From Candidatus Dormiibacterota bacterium (GTDB lineage Bacteria > Chloroflexota > Dormibacteria > Aeolococcales > Aeolococcaceae): a stretch of DNA of 64,000 nt. Of this stretch, positions 29,409-38,885 are shown piece after piece (the first letter of the stretch is position 1; each line of letters begins with the position of its first letter). The notes under the pieces are model-generated. The model did no database searches and was not told where the DNA came from. It saw nothing but the letters and a program-made list of their open reading frames with translations. A program made the translations under genes and the position numbers. The stretch covers positions 17,729 through 81,728 of the forward strand of contig DASZKZ010000021.1 of NCBI GenBank assembly GCA_035552595.1. The letters are read 5' to 3'.

Positions 29409-30324
29409 CTGGCTGGAACGGTGGCCCGGCGTCCGCCGTCATGAGGCGCTGTCGCGCCACAGCCAGTTCGGCATCGGCGGTCCCGCCGACCTCTTCCTGC
29501 GCGTCGACGACCTCGCCACGGTCCCCGAGCTGCTCGGCCGCTGCACGGAGAGCGGGGTGGCGGTGACGGTGCTGGGGGCGGGCAGCAACGCCCTCATCCT
29601 GGATGGCGGCGTGCGCGGCCTGGCGCTGCGCATCGCCGATCGGGAGCTGACCGTCGGCGACGGCGACGTCACCCTCGCCGCCGGGACCATGCTGCCGCGC
29701 GCGGCTCTCGACCTGGCCGCGCGCGGGGTGGGCGGCATGGAGTGGGGCATCGGCGTTCCGGGCAGCTGCGGCGCGTCCATCCGGGGGAACGCCGGAGCGT
29801 TCGGCGGCGAGGTGGCGGCCAGCCTGGTCAGCTGCGAGGTCGCGGCTCCCGACGGCACCACGCAGTGGATGGAGGGCCGCGAGTGCGCCTTCGACTACCG
29901 TGAGTCCCGGTTCAAGAACGACCTGCACGGTCACGTCGTCCTGCGCGGCCGCTTCGCGGTGACCCAGGGCGACGTCGCCGCGGTGCGAGAGCGCACCGAC
30001 GCCGTCCAGGCGGAGCGCAAGCGCACCCAGCCCTACGGGGTGCGCAGCCTGGGGAGCACCTTCAAGAATCCCCCGGGCGACTTCGCCGGGCGTCTCATCG
30101 AGGCCGCCGGCCTGGGCGGGCGCAGCCAGGGCGGCGCGCAGATCTCGCCCAAGCACGCCAACTTCATCCTCAACCTCGACCACGCCACCGCCGCCGACGT
30201 CCTCGCCCTGGTCGACATCGCACGCGAGGAGGTCGCCTCCCGATTCGGGGTTGTCCTGGAGCGCGAGATCGTGCTGCTGGGCGAGCCCGCAGAGGCGGCC
30301 GCACCGGCGCGGAGCGCGCCGTGA
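29398..30324 (+). CDS. murB: UDP-N-acetylenolpyruvoylglucosamine reductase
   Basis: FGIGGPADLF, GAGSNALI, GSTFKNP. GTG 29398 gives an 11-nt overlap with murC; the track ORF starts at 29347. Confidence 0.85.
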   Translation: MSADWLERWPGVRRHEALSRHSQFGIGGPADLFLRVDDLATVPELLGRCTESGVAVTVLGAGSNALILDGGVRGLALRIADRELTVGDGDVTLAAGTMLPRAALDLAARGVGGMEWGIGVPGSCGASIRGNAGAFGGEVAASLVSCEVAAPDGTTQWMEGRECAFDYRESRFKNDLHGHVVLRGRFAVTQGDVAAVRERTDAVQAERKRTQPYGVRSLGSTFKNPPGDFAGRLIEAAGLGGRSQGGAQISPKHANFILNLDHATAADVLALVDIAREEVASRFGVVLEREIVLLGEPAEAAAPARSAP

Positions 30325-31511
30325 GCAACGTCGCCGCCATCTTCGGGAGCCGGTCCGTCGAGCACGAGGTCTCGGTGATCACCGCCCACCAGGCGATGGC
30401 GGCGCTCTCCTCGCAGCACCGGGCGGTGCCGGTGTACATCGCCAAGGACGGACGCTGGTACACCGGTGACGCGCTCACCGGGCTGGATCGGTTCAGAGAG
30501 GTCGACCGCCTGCTCGCCGACTGCATCGCGGTCACCCCGTTCATCGACCCCGCGCGACCGGGCCTCACCCTGCTGCCCGCCGCCCCCTCCCGGCGCGGGC
30601 TCCTGGGTCGCGGTTCAGCCGAGCCGGCGCACGTCGACGTGGCCATGCCCCTGGTGCACGGCAGCCTCGGCGAGGACGGCAGCCTGCAGGGCCTGCTGGA
30701 GATGGCCGGGGTTCCCTACACCGGCAGCGGGGTCGCGGCCTCGGCTCTGTGCATGGACAAGCGGCTGGCCAAGACGGTGCTCCGAGCCGCCGGGCTGCCC
30801 GTCCTCGACGACGTGGTCATCGAGCGCGAGCGCTGGCGTGCCGACGCGGAGGCGGCGGTGCACGCGGCCGAGGCCCTGGCGCCCTATCCGCTGTTCGTCA
30901 AGCCGGTCAGCCTGGGATCGAGCATCGGCGTGGCCCGGGCCACCGCCACCACCGAGCTTCGTGAGGCCATCGAGGTGGCTCTCACCTACGACCACCGCTG
31001 CCTCGTCGAGGCCGCCCAGGAGAGCATCGTCGAGATCAACTGTGCGGTGCTCGGTGACGGCGGCGCGGCGCGGGCCTCGTTGCTGGAACAGCCGATCAGC
31101 AGCGGCCTGCTCAGCTACGACGACAAATATCGCGCCAGCCCCGCTACCTCGGCGGCCAAGTCGGCGGGGATGAAGGGGGCGCGGAGGATGATCCCGGCCC
31201 CGCTCGACGAGGAGCTCGCCGCCCGCGTCCGTGGCGCCGCCCAGGCGGCGTTCGCGGCGGTGGGGGCGGCCGGGGTCGCCCGTGTCGACCTCATGGTCGA
31301 TACGGCGGCGCAGCGCTTCGTGGTCAACGAGGTCAATCCCATCCCCGGCTCGCTGTCCTTCTATCTCTTCGAGCCGGACGGCCTCTCGTTCACCGCCCTG
31401 CTCGACGAGCTCATCGAGATCGCCCTGCGGCGTCATGCGCAGCGCGCCGCCAGCACGCTGGTGTTCGATCGCTGGATGCTCGGCGGCTCAGGCGCCAAGA
31501 CCACGCCCTGA
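30321..31511 (+). CDS. ddl: D-alanine--D-alanine ligase
   Basis: FGSRSVEHEVS, HGSLGEDGSLQGLLE, an ATP-grasp core and NEVNPIPGS. Confidence 0.9.
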   Translation: MSNVAAIFGSRSVEHEVSVITAHQAMAALSSQHRAVPVYIAKDGRWYTGDALTGLDRFREVDRLLADCIAVTPFIDPARPGLTLLPAAPSRRGLLGRGSAEPAHVDVAMPLVHGSLGEDGSLQGLLEMAGVPYTGSGVAASALCMDKRLAKTVLRAAGLPVLDDVVIERERWRADAEAAVHAAEALAPYPLFVKPVSLGSSIGVARATATTELREAIEVALTYDHRCLVEAAQESIVEINCAVLGDGGAARASLLEQPISSGLLSYDDKYRASPATSAAKSAGMKGARRMIPAPLDEELAARVRGAAQAAFAAVGAAGVARVDLMVDTAAQRFVVNEVNPIPGSLSFYLFEPDGLSFTALLDELIEIALRRHAQRAASTLVFDRWMLGGSGAKTTP

Positions 31512-32278
31512 TGGCCGCCACCGCGGAGGAGCCCGCCGCCGCGGTGCTCGACACCGGCAGCGGGCCGGCCCTGCTCCTTCTCCATGGCTGGGGGGCACGC
31601 AAGGAGCTGATGGCACCGATCGCGCAGCGCCTTGCCGGCTTCCGCACCATCGTCCCCGACCTGCCCGGTTTCGGCGCCACCCCGTCACCACCGCGGGCCT
31701 GGGGCGTCGACGACTACGCCGCCTGGGTGATCGCTCTGCTCGACCGGCTCGGCGTGGAGCGTGCCCACGTCGTCGGCCACTCCCACGGTGGCCGCGTGGC
31801 CATCGCGCTGGCGTCGGCACACCCTCACAGGGTCGATCGCCTGGTGCTCACCGACAGCGCGGGGATCCGGCCGCGCCACGGGCTGCTGTATCGCTGGCGG
31901 GTGGCCACCTTCAAGCTGCTCCGCGCGGCCGGGAGCGGGTCGTGGCTGCCCCGGGCCCTGAGGGAGGCAGCCGCGCGCCGCGCCGCGCTGCGCGGCAGCG
32001 AGGACTACCGGGCCGCCTCGGGAACGGTGCGGGCCAGCATGGTGCGCCTGGTCAACGCGGACCTGCGCCCCGAGCTCGCCCGGCTGACGGTGCCGACCCT
32101 GCTGATCTGGGGCGGCCGTGACCAGGAGACCCCGCTGGGCGACGCCCGGCTCATGGAACGGCTCATCCCCGACGCCGGCCTGGTGGTCTTCGAGGGCGCC
32201 GGCCATTTCGCCTACGCCGAGGAGCCCGACCGTTTCGCGCGCATCGTGGGCGTCTTCCTGCGCCGCGAGACTCCGTGA
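31511..32278 (+). CDS. alpha/beta hydrolase embedded in the dcw operon
   Basis: LLLLHGWGA, GHSHGG nucleophile elbow, C-terminal GAGHF. The start shares a nucleotide with the ddl stop (TGATG) and the stop overlaps the next start. Confidence 0.8.
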   Translation: MAATAEEPAAAVLDTGSGPALLLLHGWGARKELMAPIAQRLAGFRTIVPDLPGFGATPSPPRAWGVDDYAAWVIALLDRLGVERAHVVGHSHGGRVAIALASAHPHRVDRLVLTDSAGIRPRHGLLYRWRVATFKLLRAAGSGSWLPRALREAAARRAALRGSEDYRAASGTVRASMVRLVNADLRPELARLTVPTLLIWGGRDQETPLGDARLMERLIPDAGLVVFEGAGHFAYAEEPDRFARIVGVFLRRETP

Positions 32279-33927
32279 TGGGCGCGCTCGCCGGGGCGCT
32301 CGCCGGGCTCGGGGCCGCGGCCTGGCTGGCCCTGCTGGCCCGGGTCGTGCTCGTGGCCGCCCGGATGTACCAGATCGAGGAGTACCAGGCCGCGCGGCTG
32401 TTCGACTGGGGAGCCGGACGCCGCTGGCTGCTCCACCGCAGCGCGCTCCTCGCCGCGGCGCCCATCGCGGTCATGACCGTGGTCGCGCTCACCGCCGGCA
32501 CCGGGCCGGGTCTGCGCGCGGCGGTGGCCGGCGCCTGGATCGCCGGCCTGGGCGCGGCTCACCTGAGCTGGCGCTGGCTGGCGCCCAAGAAGGAGCTGGT
32601 GTACACGCCGCGTCTGCGCCGCCTGCTGGCGACGGCAGCACTGACGGCGGCCGTGCTCGCGGCCGGGATGGCCCTGCTCCTGGCCGCCGGTCCCCTCTGG
32701 GCGGGAGCCCTGCTGGCCACCGCCCTGAGTGCGGGCGTCAGTGCCCTGAGCATGGCGCTGGCGGTGGCCGCCAACGCCCTCAACGCGCCGCTGGAGGGGG
32801 CGGTGCGGCGCGGCTTCCAGCGCCGCGCCCGAGCCCGGCTGGAGCGCTTCCACCCCCTGGTCATCGCGGTGGCCGGGAGCTACGGGAAGACCTCCACCAA
32901 GCACATCCTGGCCCATCTCCTCGAGCAGTACGGGTCGACGCTGGCGACCCCCAAGAGCTTCAACACCCTGATGGGCGTGTCCCGGACCGTCAACGACCTC
33001 CTCGAGGAGCAGCACCGCACGTTCATCGTGGAGATGGACGCCTACGACATCGGAGAGATCGCATCCATCTGCGCGCTGGTGCGCCCACGCCATGCGCTGC
33101 TGACCTCGGTCGGGCCCCAGCACCTGGAGCGCTTCGGCACCCTCGAGCGCATCGGCGACGCCCTCTACGAGAGCATCGAGGCGCTCGGCGAGGATGGTTT
33201 CGCGGTGGTGTATGCCGGCGACGAGCCCACAGCCGCGCTGGCGGCACGGGCGGCTGCAGCGGGTCACGAGGTGATCCGCTACGGCATCGACGGCGCCCCG
33301 GGTGCCCTCGATGTTGTGGCCGAGAATGTCCGGATCACGGGGCGCGGCTCGAGCTTCACCTGGCGGTGGGCCGCCGCCGGGCTCCGCCACGATCTGGAGA
33401 TCCCGCTGCTGGGGCGCCACCAGGTGCTCAACGTCAGCGCCGCGCTGGCGACGGTGCACCGGCTGGGCCTGCCGCTCCCGGCGGCGCTCGGTGCCGTCGC
33501 CTCGCTGCAGCCGGTCGACCACCGTCTCCAGCCGGTGCCGACGGGCAACGCCATCACCGTCATCGACGACTCCTACAACGCCAACCCGGTGGGTGTGCAC
33601 AACGCGCTCGAGGTGCTGGCCCAGCTGGAGGCGCGGTCGCGCATCCTGGTCACCCCCGGGCTGGTGGAGCTGGGAGCTGTCGAGGACGAGGAGAATCGCC
33701 GCTACGGCGAGCACGCCGCCCGGGTCTGTGACCACGTCATCGTCATGGACGCGCGCCCGGCGCGCGCGCTGCGCGATGGACTGCGCGCCGGCGGCATGGC
33801 CGAGGAGCGGGTCCACGTGGTGCGCTCGCTCGCCGAGGCCACGGCGCTGATCGGGCGCATCGCCGGCGCCGGCGATGCGGTGCTGTTCGCCAATGATCTT
33901 CCCGACACCTACCTCGGGGCCGCCTGA
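32275..33927 (+). CDS. MurF-like Mur ligase with N-terminal multi-pass membrane domain
   Basis: Residues 1 to about 190 form about 5 hydrophobic helices. These are followed by VIAVAGSYGKTSTKHIL (P-loop), EMDAYDIGEI, SVGPQHLERFG, DDSYNANP and LVTPGLVELG, which are MurF-type motifs. Confidence 0.75.
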   Translation: MMGALAGALAGLGAAAWLALLARVVLVAARMYQIEEYQAARLFDWGAGRRWLLHRSALLAAAPIAVMTVVALTAGTGPGLRAAVAGAWIAGLGAAHLSWRWLAPKKELVYTPRLRRLLATAALTAAVLAAGMALLLAAGPLWAGALLATALSAGVSALSMALAVAANALNAPLEGAVRRGFQRRARARLERFHPLVIAVAGSYGKTSTKHILAHLLEQYGSTLATPKSFNTLMGVSRTVNDLLEEQHRTFIVEMDAYDIGEIASICALVRPRHALLTSVGPQHLERFGTLERIGDALYESIEALGEDGFAVVYAGDEPTAALAARAAAAGHEVIRYGIDGAPGALDVVAENVRITGRGSSFTWRWAAAGLRHDLEIPLLGRHQVLNVSAALATVHRLGLPLPAALGAVASLQPVDHRLQPVPTGNAITVIDDSYNANPVGVHNALEVLAQLEARSRILVTPGLVELGAVEDEENRRYGEHAARVCDHVIVMDARPARALRDGLRAGGMAEERVHVVRSLAEATALIGRIAGAGDAVLFANDLPDTYLGAA

Positions 33928-34030
33928 GCTCGCGCGGACCGCGCGCGAAGCCGTCGCGGCGCTCTGATCGGTCCCATAATGTGCGGACCGGCGCGCTGCC
34001 CGAACGTCCCTGCTCACGCTCTTCCACCGG

Positions 34031-35179
34031 ATGCCCCAGAAACTCAACGAGCGCCCACCCGTCAGCCCCGTGCTCGACGACGCCGGCACGCGCCGCGCGC
34101 ACATTCGCGCCGTCGCCGCGGGCCTGGTCGACGGTCCGCGCATGGGGCGGCGCTTTCACGTGCCTGCCGGTGTGGCGCTGCAGCGCTCCCCGCGCCGCCG
34201 TCATCACGGAGCCGCCCGCCGGCCGATCGCCGTGGAGCGCCGCCGCGGACCGCTGCTGCGCCGGGTGGTGGGCGCCGCTCTCCTGCTCGCCCAGGCCGGC
34301 GTGCTTGCGGCGCTGCTCACCGCCCCCGCCTTTCACGTTCACAGCGTGGATGTCACCGGTGACCGGCTGCTCAGCCGCGGTGCCGTGCTGGCCGCGGCGC
34401 GGGTGCCCCAGGCCAGCCTGTTCACCGTCGATGGCGACGCCATCCGAGCCCGCCTGGTGGCGCTCCCCTGGGTGCGCTCCGCGACCGTGTCCACCCGGCT
34501 GCCCTCGACGGTGGAGATCGTGGTCACCGAATGGCAGCCCGCCCTGCTGCTCCGCCACGGCGGCACCACCACGTTCGTCGCCGCCAACGGGGCCACGCTG
34601 GGCTTCACCAAGTCGACGGCATCCGCCGACCAGGGAGTTCCGCTGCTGCTCGACTACCGCTCCGGTGCGCAGCAACCGCTGCTCAACGGCTTCGCCGACC
34701 TCCTCGCCCGGGCGGCGCCGCGCTGGACGTCGGCGTACGGCTGCACCCTGGACGCCTTCGTGCTGAGCAGCAGCGGCATCCTCTCCGCGTGGTGCACCAA
34801 CGGCTGGCAGGCGATCTTCGGCTCGCTGGACAGCAATGAGGCGCTGGCGGCGATCCCGCAGCAGCTGGCGGTGCTCGCCGCGCTGCGCGGGCGCCTCGAC
34901 TTCGCCCATCCCGCCTTCGGGTACGTGGACCTCGAGAACCCCGCCACGCCCTCGATCGGCGGCCATCCCGGCGAGCCCGCTGCGCTGCGCGCCGACATCG
35001 CCGGCAGCAGGGTGCCGTCGTCGAGCCCGGCGATCGGCGCGGCTCCCGCCACGCTCCCGTCACCGGCCCCCACGCTCACGCCGGTGGCGACGGCGACGCC
35101 CGCGCCGACCCCGCCCGCCTCACCGAGCCCGCTCGTCTTCGCCATCCCGCCGGCGAGCTCGACGGGACAGGGCCGCTAG
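34031..35179 (+). CDS. ftsQ: cell division protein FtsQ/DivIB (POTRA domain)
   Basis: Basic cytoplasmic N-terminus, a TM (VVGAALLLAQAGVLAALL), POTRA-like VHSVDVTGDRLLSRGAVLAAA...LPWVRSATVSTRLPSTVEIVVTE, and a Pro/Ala-rich tail. Confidence 0.8.
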   Translation: MPQKLNERPPVSPVLDDAGTRRAHIRAVAAGLVDGPRMGRRFHVPAGVALQRSPRRRHHGAARRPIAVERRRGPLLRRVVGAALLLAQAGVLAALLTAPAFHVHSVDVTGDRLLSRGAVLAAARVPQASLFTVDGDAIRARLVALPWVRSATVSTRLPSTVEIVVTEWQPALLLRHGGTTTFVAANGATLGFTKSTASADQGVPLLLDYRSGAQQPLLNGFADLLARAAPRWTSAYGCTLDAFVLSSSGILSAWCTNGWQAIFGSLDSNEALAAIPQQLAVLAALRGRLDFAHPAFGYVDLENPATPSIGGHPGEPAALRADIAGSRVPSSSPAIGAAPATLPSPAPTLTPVATATPAPTPPASPSPLVFAIPPASSTGQGR

Positions 35180-35188
35180 CGGCCCTGC

Positions 35189-36076
35189 TCAGCGCACCTC
35201 CCAGGGGCGCGCGATGCGCAGCGCGGTGAGGATGGCGCGCGTCGCCGGCGAGCGGTTGAGTGTGATGAAGTGCACGCCCGGGGCTCCGCCGCGGAGCAGC
35301 TCGCTGCACTGCAGCGTCGCCCAGGCCACCCCCAGCTGGATGACCGCCGGGGGATCGTCGCTGCGAGTCTCCAGGGCCGCCCGGAGCGCCCCCGGGATGG
35401 TGGCGCCGATCTTGGCGGTGAAGCGGTAGACCTGGTCGACATTGGTGATCGGCATGATCCCGGGAACGATGGGCACGTCGATGCCCGCCGCTCGAGCTCG
35501 GGCCACGAAGCTGAAGTAGCGGCTGTTGTCGAAGAAGAGCTGGGTGATCAGGAAGCTGGCGCCCGCCTCGACCTTCTGGCACGCGGCCCTGACGTCGTCG
35601 TCCAGGCTGGCCGACTCGACGTGCTTCTCGGGGGAGCAGGCGGCGCCGACACAGAGGTCGGCGTTGTCGTGGAGGAGGCGCACCAGCTCGCTGCCGTAGC
35701 GCAGGCCACCCTGGTGGGGCACGAAAGCCCCCTCGCCGTTGGGCGGATCGCCGCGCAGGGCGAGCACATTGTCGATCCCCACCTCCTGGTAGCGGCGGAT
35801 CTCCCCGAGCAGGTCCTCGACGGTCGAGTCGCGGCAGGTGAGGTGGGCCATGGGCAGCAGGCCGGTCTCGCGGCCGATGCGTTCCACCAATGCCACGGTG
35901 CGATCGTCGCGGCGGCTGCCGCCCGCGCCGTGGGTGACGGAGACGAATGCCGGAGCCAGGTCGCGCAGCGCCGCGATGGTGGCGAACAGGCGGTCGGCCC
36001 CCTCGTCGTCGCGGGGCGGGAAGAACTCGAACGAGAAGAGGGGATCGCCCCGCGCGAACAGGCTGTCGATGCGCAT
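35189..36076 (-). CDS. metF: methylenetetrahydrofolate reductase
   Basis: Distal part of track ORF 35189..36349(-), with ATG start (MRIDSLFARGDPLFSFEFFPP). VTHGAGG is present. Confidence 0.85.
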   Translation of the reverse strand: MRIDSLFARGDPLFSFEFFPPRDDEGADRLFATIAALRDLAPAFVSVTHGAGGSRRDDRTVALVERIGRETGLLPMAHLTCRDSTVEDLLGEIRRYQEVGIDNVLALRGDPPNGEGAFVPHQGGLRYGSELVRLLHDNADLCVGAACSPEKHVESASLDDDVRAACQKVEAGASFLITQLFFDNSRYFSFVARARAAGIDVPIVPGIMPITNVDQVYRFTAKIGATIPGALRAALETRSDDPPAVIQLGVAWATLQCSELLRGGAPGVHFITLNRSPATRAILTALRIARPWEVR

Positions 36077-36137
36077 GGCCGATGATGGTGACGGAGACCC
36101 CCGGTTCTGCGCCACCGTGCTGCTACCGTTGGCTGCC

Positions 36138-37187
36138 GTGCTCGCAGTTCGCGCCGCCCGCTTCGGCGGCGACGACCCGCTCGACAACCTCGAGGTCACC
36201 GAGGTCGCCGATCCCGTCCCCGGCGATGGGGAGGTGCTGATCGCGGTTGGCGCCGCCTCCCTCAACCACCATGACCTCTGGACCCTTCGAGGGATCGGCT
36301 CGCGACCGCTGACCCAGCCCCAGGTGCTCGGCTGCGACGCGGCCGGCACGGTGCTGGGCTACGGCGGCGCTGAGGTGCCCGAGGGCGCGCCCCCCGTCGG
36401 CTCCGCCGTGGTGGTGCACAGCGTCATGACCTGCGGCCACTGTCCCGCCTGCCGCTCCGGCGACGAGCTCCACTGTCCCCGGGTCGGGCTGCTCAGCGAG
36501 CCGCCCTACCCGGGTACGCTGGCGCAGCTCCTGGTGGTCCCGGTGGGCAACATCCTGGCGCTGCCCCCAGGCGTTGACCTGGTCACCGCCGCCTGCCTGC
36601 CCACGGCCTACCTCACCGCCCATCGGATGCTCTTCGTGCGGGCGGGGCTGCGCCCTGGACAGCGGGTGCTCGTGCACGGCGCCACCGGCGGGGTGGCCAG
36701 CGCCGCCATCCTCCTGGGCGGGGCCGCCGGGCTCACCGTCTACGCCACCTCGCGCGATCAGTCCAAGCGCAACACGGCGATCGAGCTCGGGGCCGCGGCG
36801 GCCTTCCCCACCGACCGGGAGTCGCTCAAGCAGCTCATCGCCGCCAGCCAGGGGGGCGTGGACGCCGTTCTCGACACGGTGGGCGAGGCCACCTGGGACT
36901 TCTCCCTGCGTGCCGTCCGGCCCGGGGGCACGGTGGTGGTGTCGGGGGCCACCAGCGGGCCCAGCCCGCCGGCCCAGCTCAACCGCATCTTCTGGCGCCA
37001 GCTCACCATCGCGGGGAGCACCATGGGCACCCGGACAGAGCTCGCCGAGGTGGTCGAGCTGTGCGCCAGCGGGGCGCTGCATCCTCTGGTCGACTCGGTG
37101 CGGCCGCTCCGTGACGCCGCCGCGGCCTTCGCCGCGCTGGCGGGCGGCGAGCGGCGCGGCAAGCTGGTCCTGCAGCCGGACGCGTGA
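36138..37187 (+). CDS. zinc-type alcohol dehydrogenase/quinone oxidoreductase-like (MDR superfamily)
   Basis: Distal part of track ORF 35838..37187. Start set at GTG (VLAVRAARFGG); the ATG at 36075 is an alternative. VLIAVGAASLNHHDLW, CGHCPACRSG and VLVHGATGGV are present. Confidence 0.75.
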   Translation: MLAVRAARFGGDDPLDNLEVTEVADPVPGDGEVLIAVGAASLNHHDLWTLRGIGSRPLTQPQVLGCDAAGTVLGYGGAEVPEGAPPVGSAVVVHSVMTCGHCPACRSGDELHCPRVGLLSEPPYPGTLAQLLVVPVGNILALPPGVDLVTAACLPTAYLTAHRMLFVRAGLRPGQRVLVHGATGGVASAAILLGGAAGLTVYATSRDQSKRNTAIELGAAAAFPTDRESLKQLIAASQGGVDAVLDTVGEATWDFSLRAVRPGGTVVVSGATSGPSPPAQLNRIFWRQLTIAGSTMGTRTELAEVVELCASGALHPLVDSVRPLRDAAAAFAALAGGERRGKLVLQPDA

Positions 37188-37513
37188 CCCCGTTGCCAGG
37201 GACCGCCGCCGGTGCGATGATGGCCGGCGCTGCGCGGCCCGACAGGGGCTGCGGCCTGCGGGGTCTCGTCCAAATGGTGCAGTGGCGAGGCCCTGTTTGC
37301 GTTCCGAGCCCTGTCGTGCTGTCCTCGCCGGCGCCAGGACGTCCCGCCGGGCTGTCGGTCCGAGCGGTTTCGGGGGCTTGACGGGCTCGATCGGTTAGGC
37401 TCTGACAGGCCACATCTTGTGGCATACTCCGGCAGCAAACTCAGCATCTTGCGGTTTTGCCCCTGCCAACCCCTATCTTAAGGAGAGGGCTCCGTCTATA
37501 CTCGGAGGCCAGT

Positions 37514-38752
37514 GTGACCCGTTCTCGCCGCGTCTTTGCACTCGATCTAGGAACGACGAAGGTCTGCTGCGCCATCGCCGAGTTGGACAGCACCGGGTTG
37601 CGTGTCATCGGTGTGGGCGAGGCCGTCTCGCGCGGCATCCGCAAGGGGGCCGTCATCGAGATCGACCGAGCCGCCGAGGCGGTCGCCGAGGCGGTGGACC
37701 TGGCCGAACAGATGAGCGGGGTCCCGGTCGACTCGGCGGTGGTCGGCCTCGCCGGCGCCAGCATCAGCTCGCAGAACTCGCGAGGCGTGGTGGCGGTGTC
37801 GGCGGGACACCGTGAGGTGCGCGACGCGGACGTGACCCGGGCGGTGGAGGCGGCGCGGGCGGTCAGCGTGCCCTCCGATCGCAAGATCCTCCACGTCCTC
37901 CCCCAGCAGTTCACCATCGACGGACAGGAGGGGGTGCGCGACGCCCTCGGCATGGCCGGCACCCGCCTCGAGGTCGACGCCCACATCATCACCGGCACCA
38001 ACACCGCCATCCAGAACGTGGTCAAGGTGGTGCACAAGGCGGGGCTGGATGTCGACGACCTGGTCCTGCAGGTGCTCGCCTCCGCCGAGGCGGTGATCGG
38101 CGAGGACGAGCTGGACCGCGGCGTGGTGGTCTGCGACATCGGCGGTGGCACCACCGACGTGGCAGTTTTTGCCAAGGGCAGCATCATTCACACCGCCGTG
38201 ATCGCAGTGGGCGGCAACCACGTGAGCGGTGATCTGGCGGTGGGTCTGCGCTGCGACCTGGAGACCGCCGAGGCGGTCAAGCGCGCCTACGGACACTGCC
38301 TGCAGCTCACCCTCCCCGCCGACGCTGAGGTGAAGCTCACCCCGATGGGGTACGACGAGCCCGTCAACGTCCCCCAGCGATTTCTGGCCGAGATCATCGG
38401 CCCGCGAGCCCGGGAGATGGCTCAGCTCATCGCCGAGGAGGTGGAGAAGGCGGGCGTGCCCAGCAGCTTTCCGGGCGGGATCGTGCTCACTGGCGGCGGC
38501 GCCCTGCTGCGCGGTTTCGCCGAGGTGGTGCAGCAGGTCACCGACCTGCCCGCGCGCGTCGCCGCTCCGCACGGCGTGCACGGCATGAACGACGAGATCA
38601 GCGGCCCTCATCACGCCACCGTCGTCGGTCTGCTGCGCTGGGGCGCGCGCGGACGGATGGCTCGCAACGTTGCCCTGACGGGCAGAGCGCAAAACGGCAA
38701 CGGACAGCACGTCGGGGATCGATTTGGACGGTGGTTGCGTGAACTTTTCTGA
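37514..38752 (+). CDS. ftsA: cell division protein FtsA
   Basis: GTG start with GGAGG 5 nt upstream. [11 protein letters not shown] and [12 protein letters not shown] actin-fold motifs. Confidence 0.9.
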   Translation: MTRSRRVFALDLGTTKVCCAIAELDSTGLRVIGVGEAVSRGIRKGAVIEIDRAAEAVAEAVDLAEQMSGVPVDSAVVGLAGASISSQNSRGVVAVSAGHREVRDADVTRAVEAARAVSVPSDRKILHVLPQQFTIDGQEGVRDALGMAGTRLEVDAHIITGTNTAIQNVVKVVHKAGLDVDDLVLQVLASAEAVIGEDELDRGVVVCDIGGGTTDVAVFAKGSIIHTAVIAVGGNHVSGDLAVGLRCDLETAEAVKRAYGHCLQLTLPADAEVKLTPMGYDEPVNVPQRFLAEIIGPRAREMAQLIAEEVEKAGVPSSFPGGIVLTGGGALLRGFAEVVQQVTDLPARVAAPHGVHGMNDEISGPHHATVVGLLRWGARGRMARNVALTGRAQNGNGQHVGDRFGRWLRELF

Positions 38753-38885
38753 ACGGATGAAGTTGTACGGGCTCGACGACGGCGATACACCGGCGAAGCC
38801 CGTCAGTGCGGGCAACGATGATGAAACGACGCGTGCGGGGAAGTTTTCGCTGCGTCCCAAGAGCAGGCAGCGTGAGGAGACGCCG

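Noticed and set aside
32212-34143. 643-aa minus-strand ORF opposite the MurF-like gene
   Set aside because: It is antisense to a gene with clear Mur-ligase motifs and has no motif of its own, so it is a GC artefact.
37240-37330. tRNA-like GTTCCGAGCCC string in the qor-ftsA spacer
   Set aside because: There is no complementary T-stem, acceptor stem or anticodon arm around it, so it is a chance resemblance to a T-loop.
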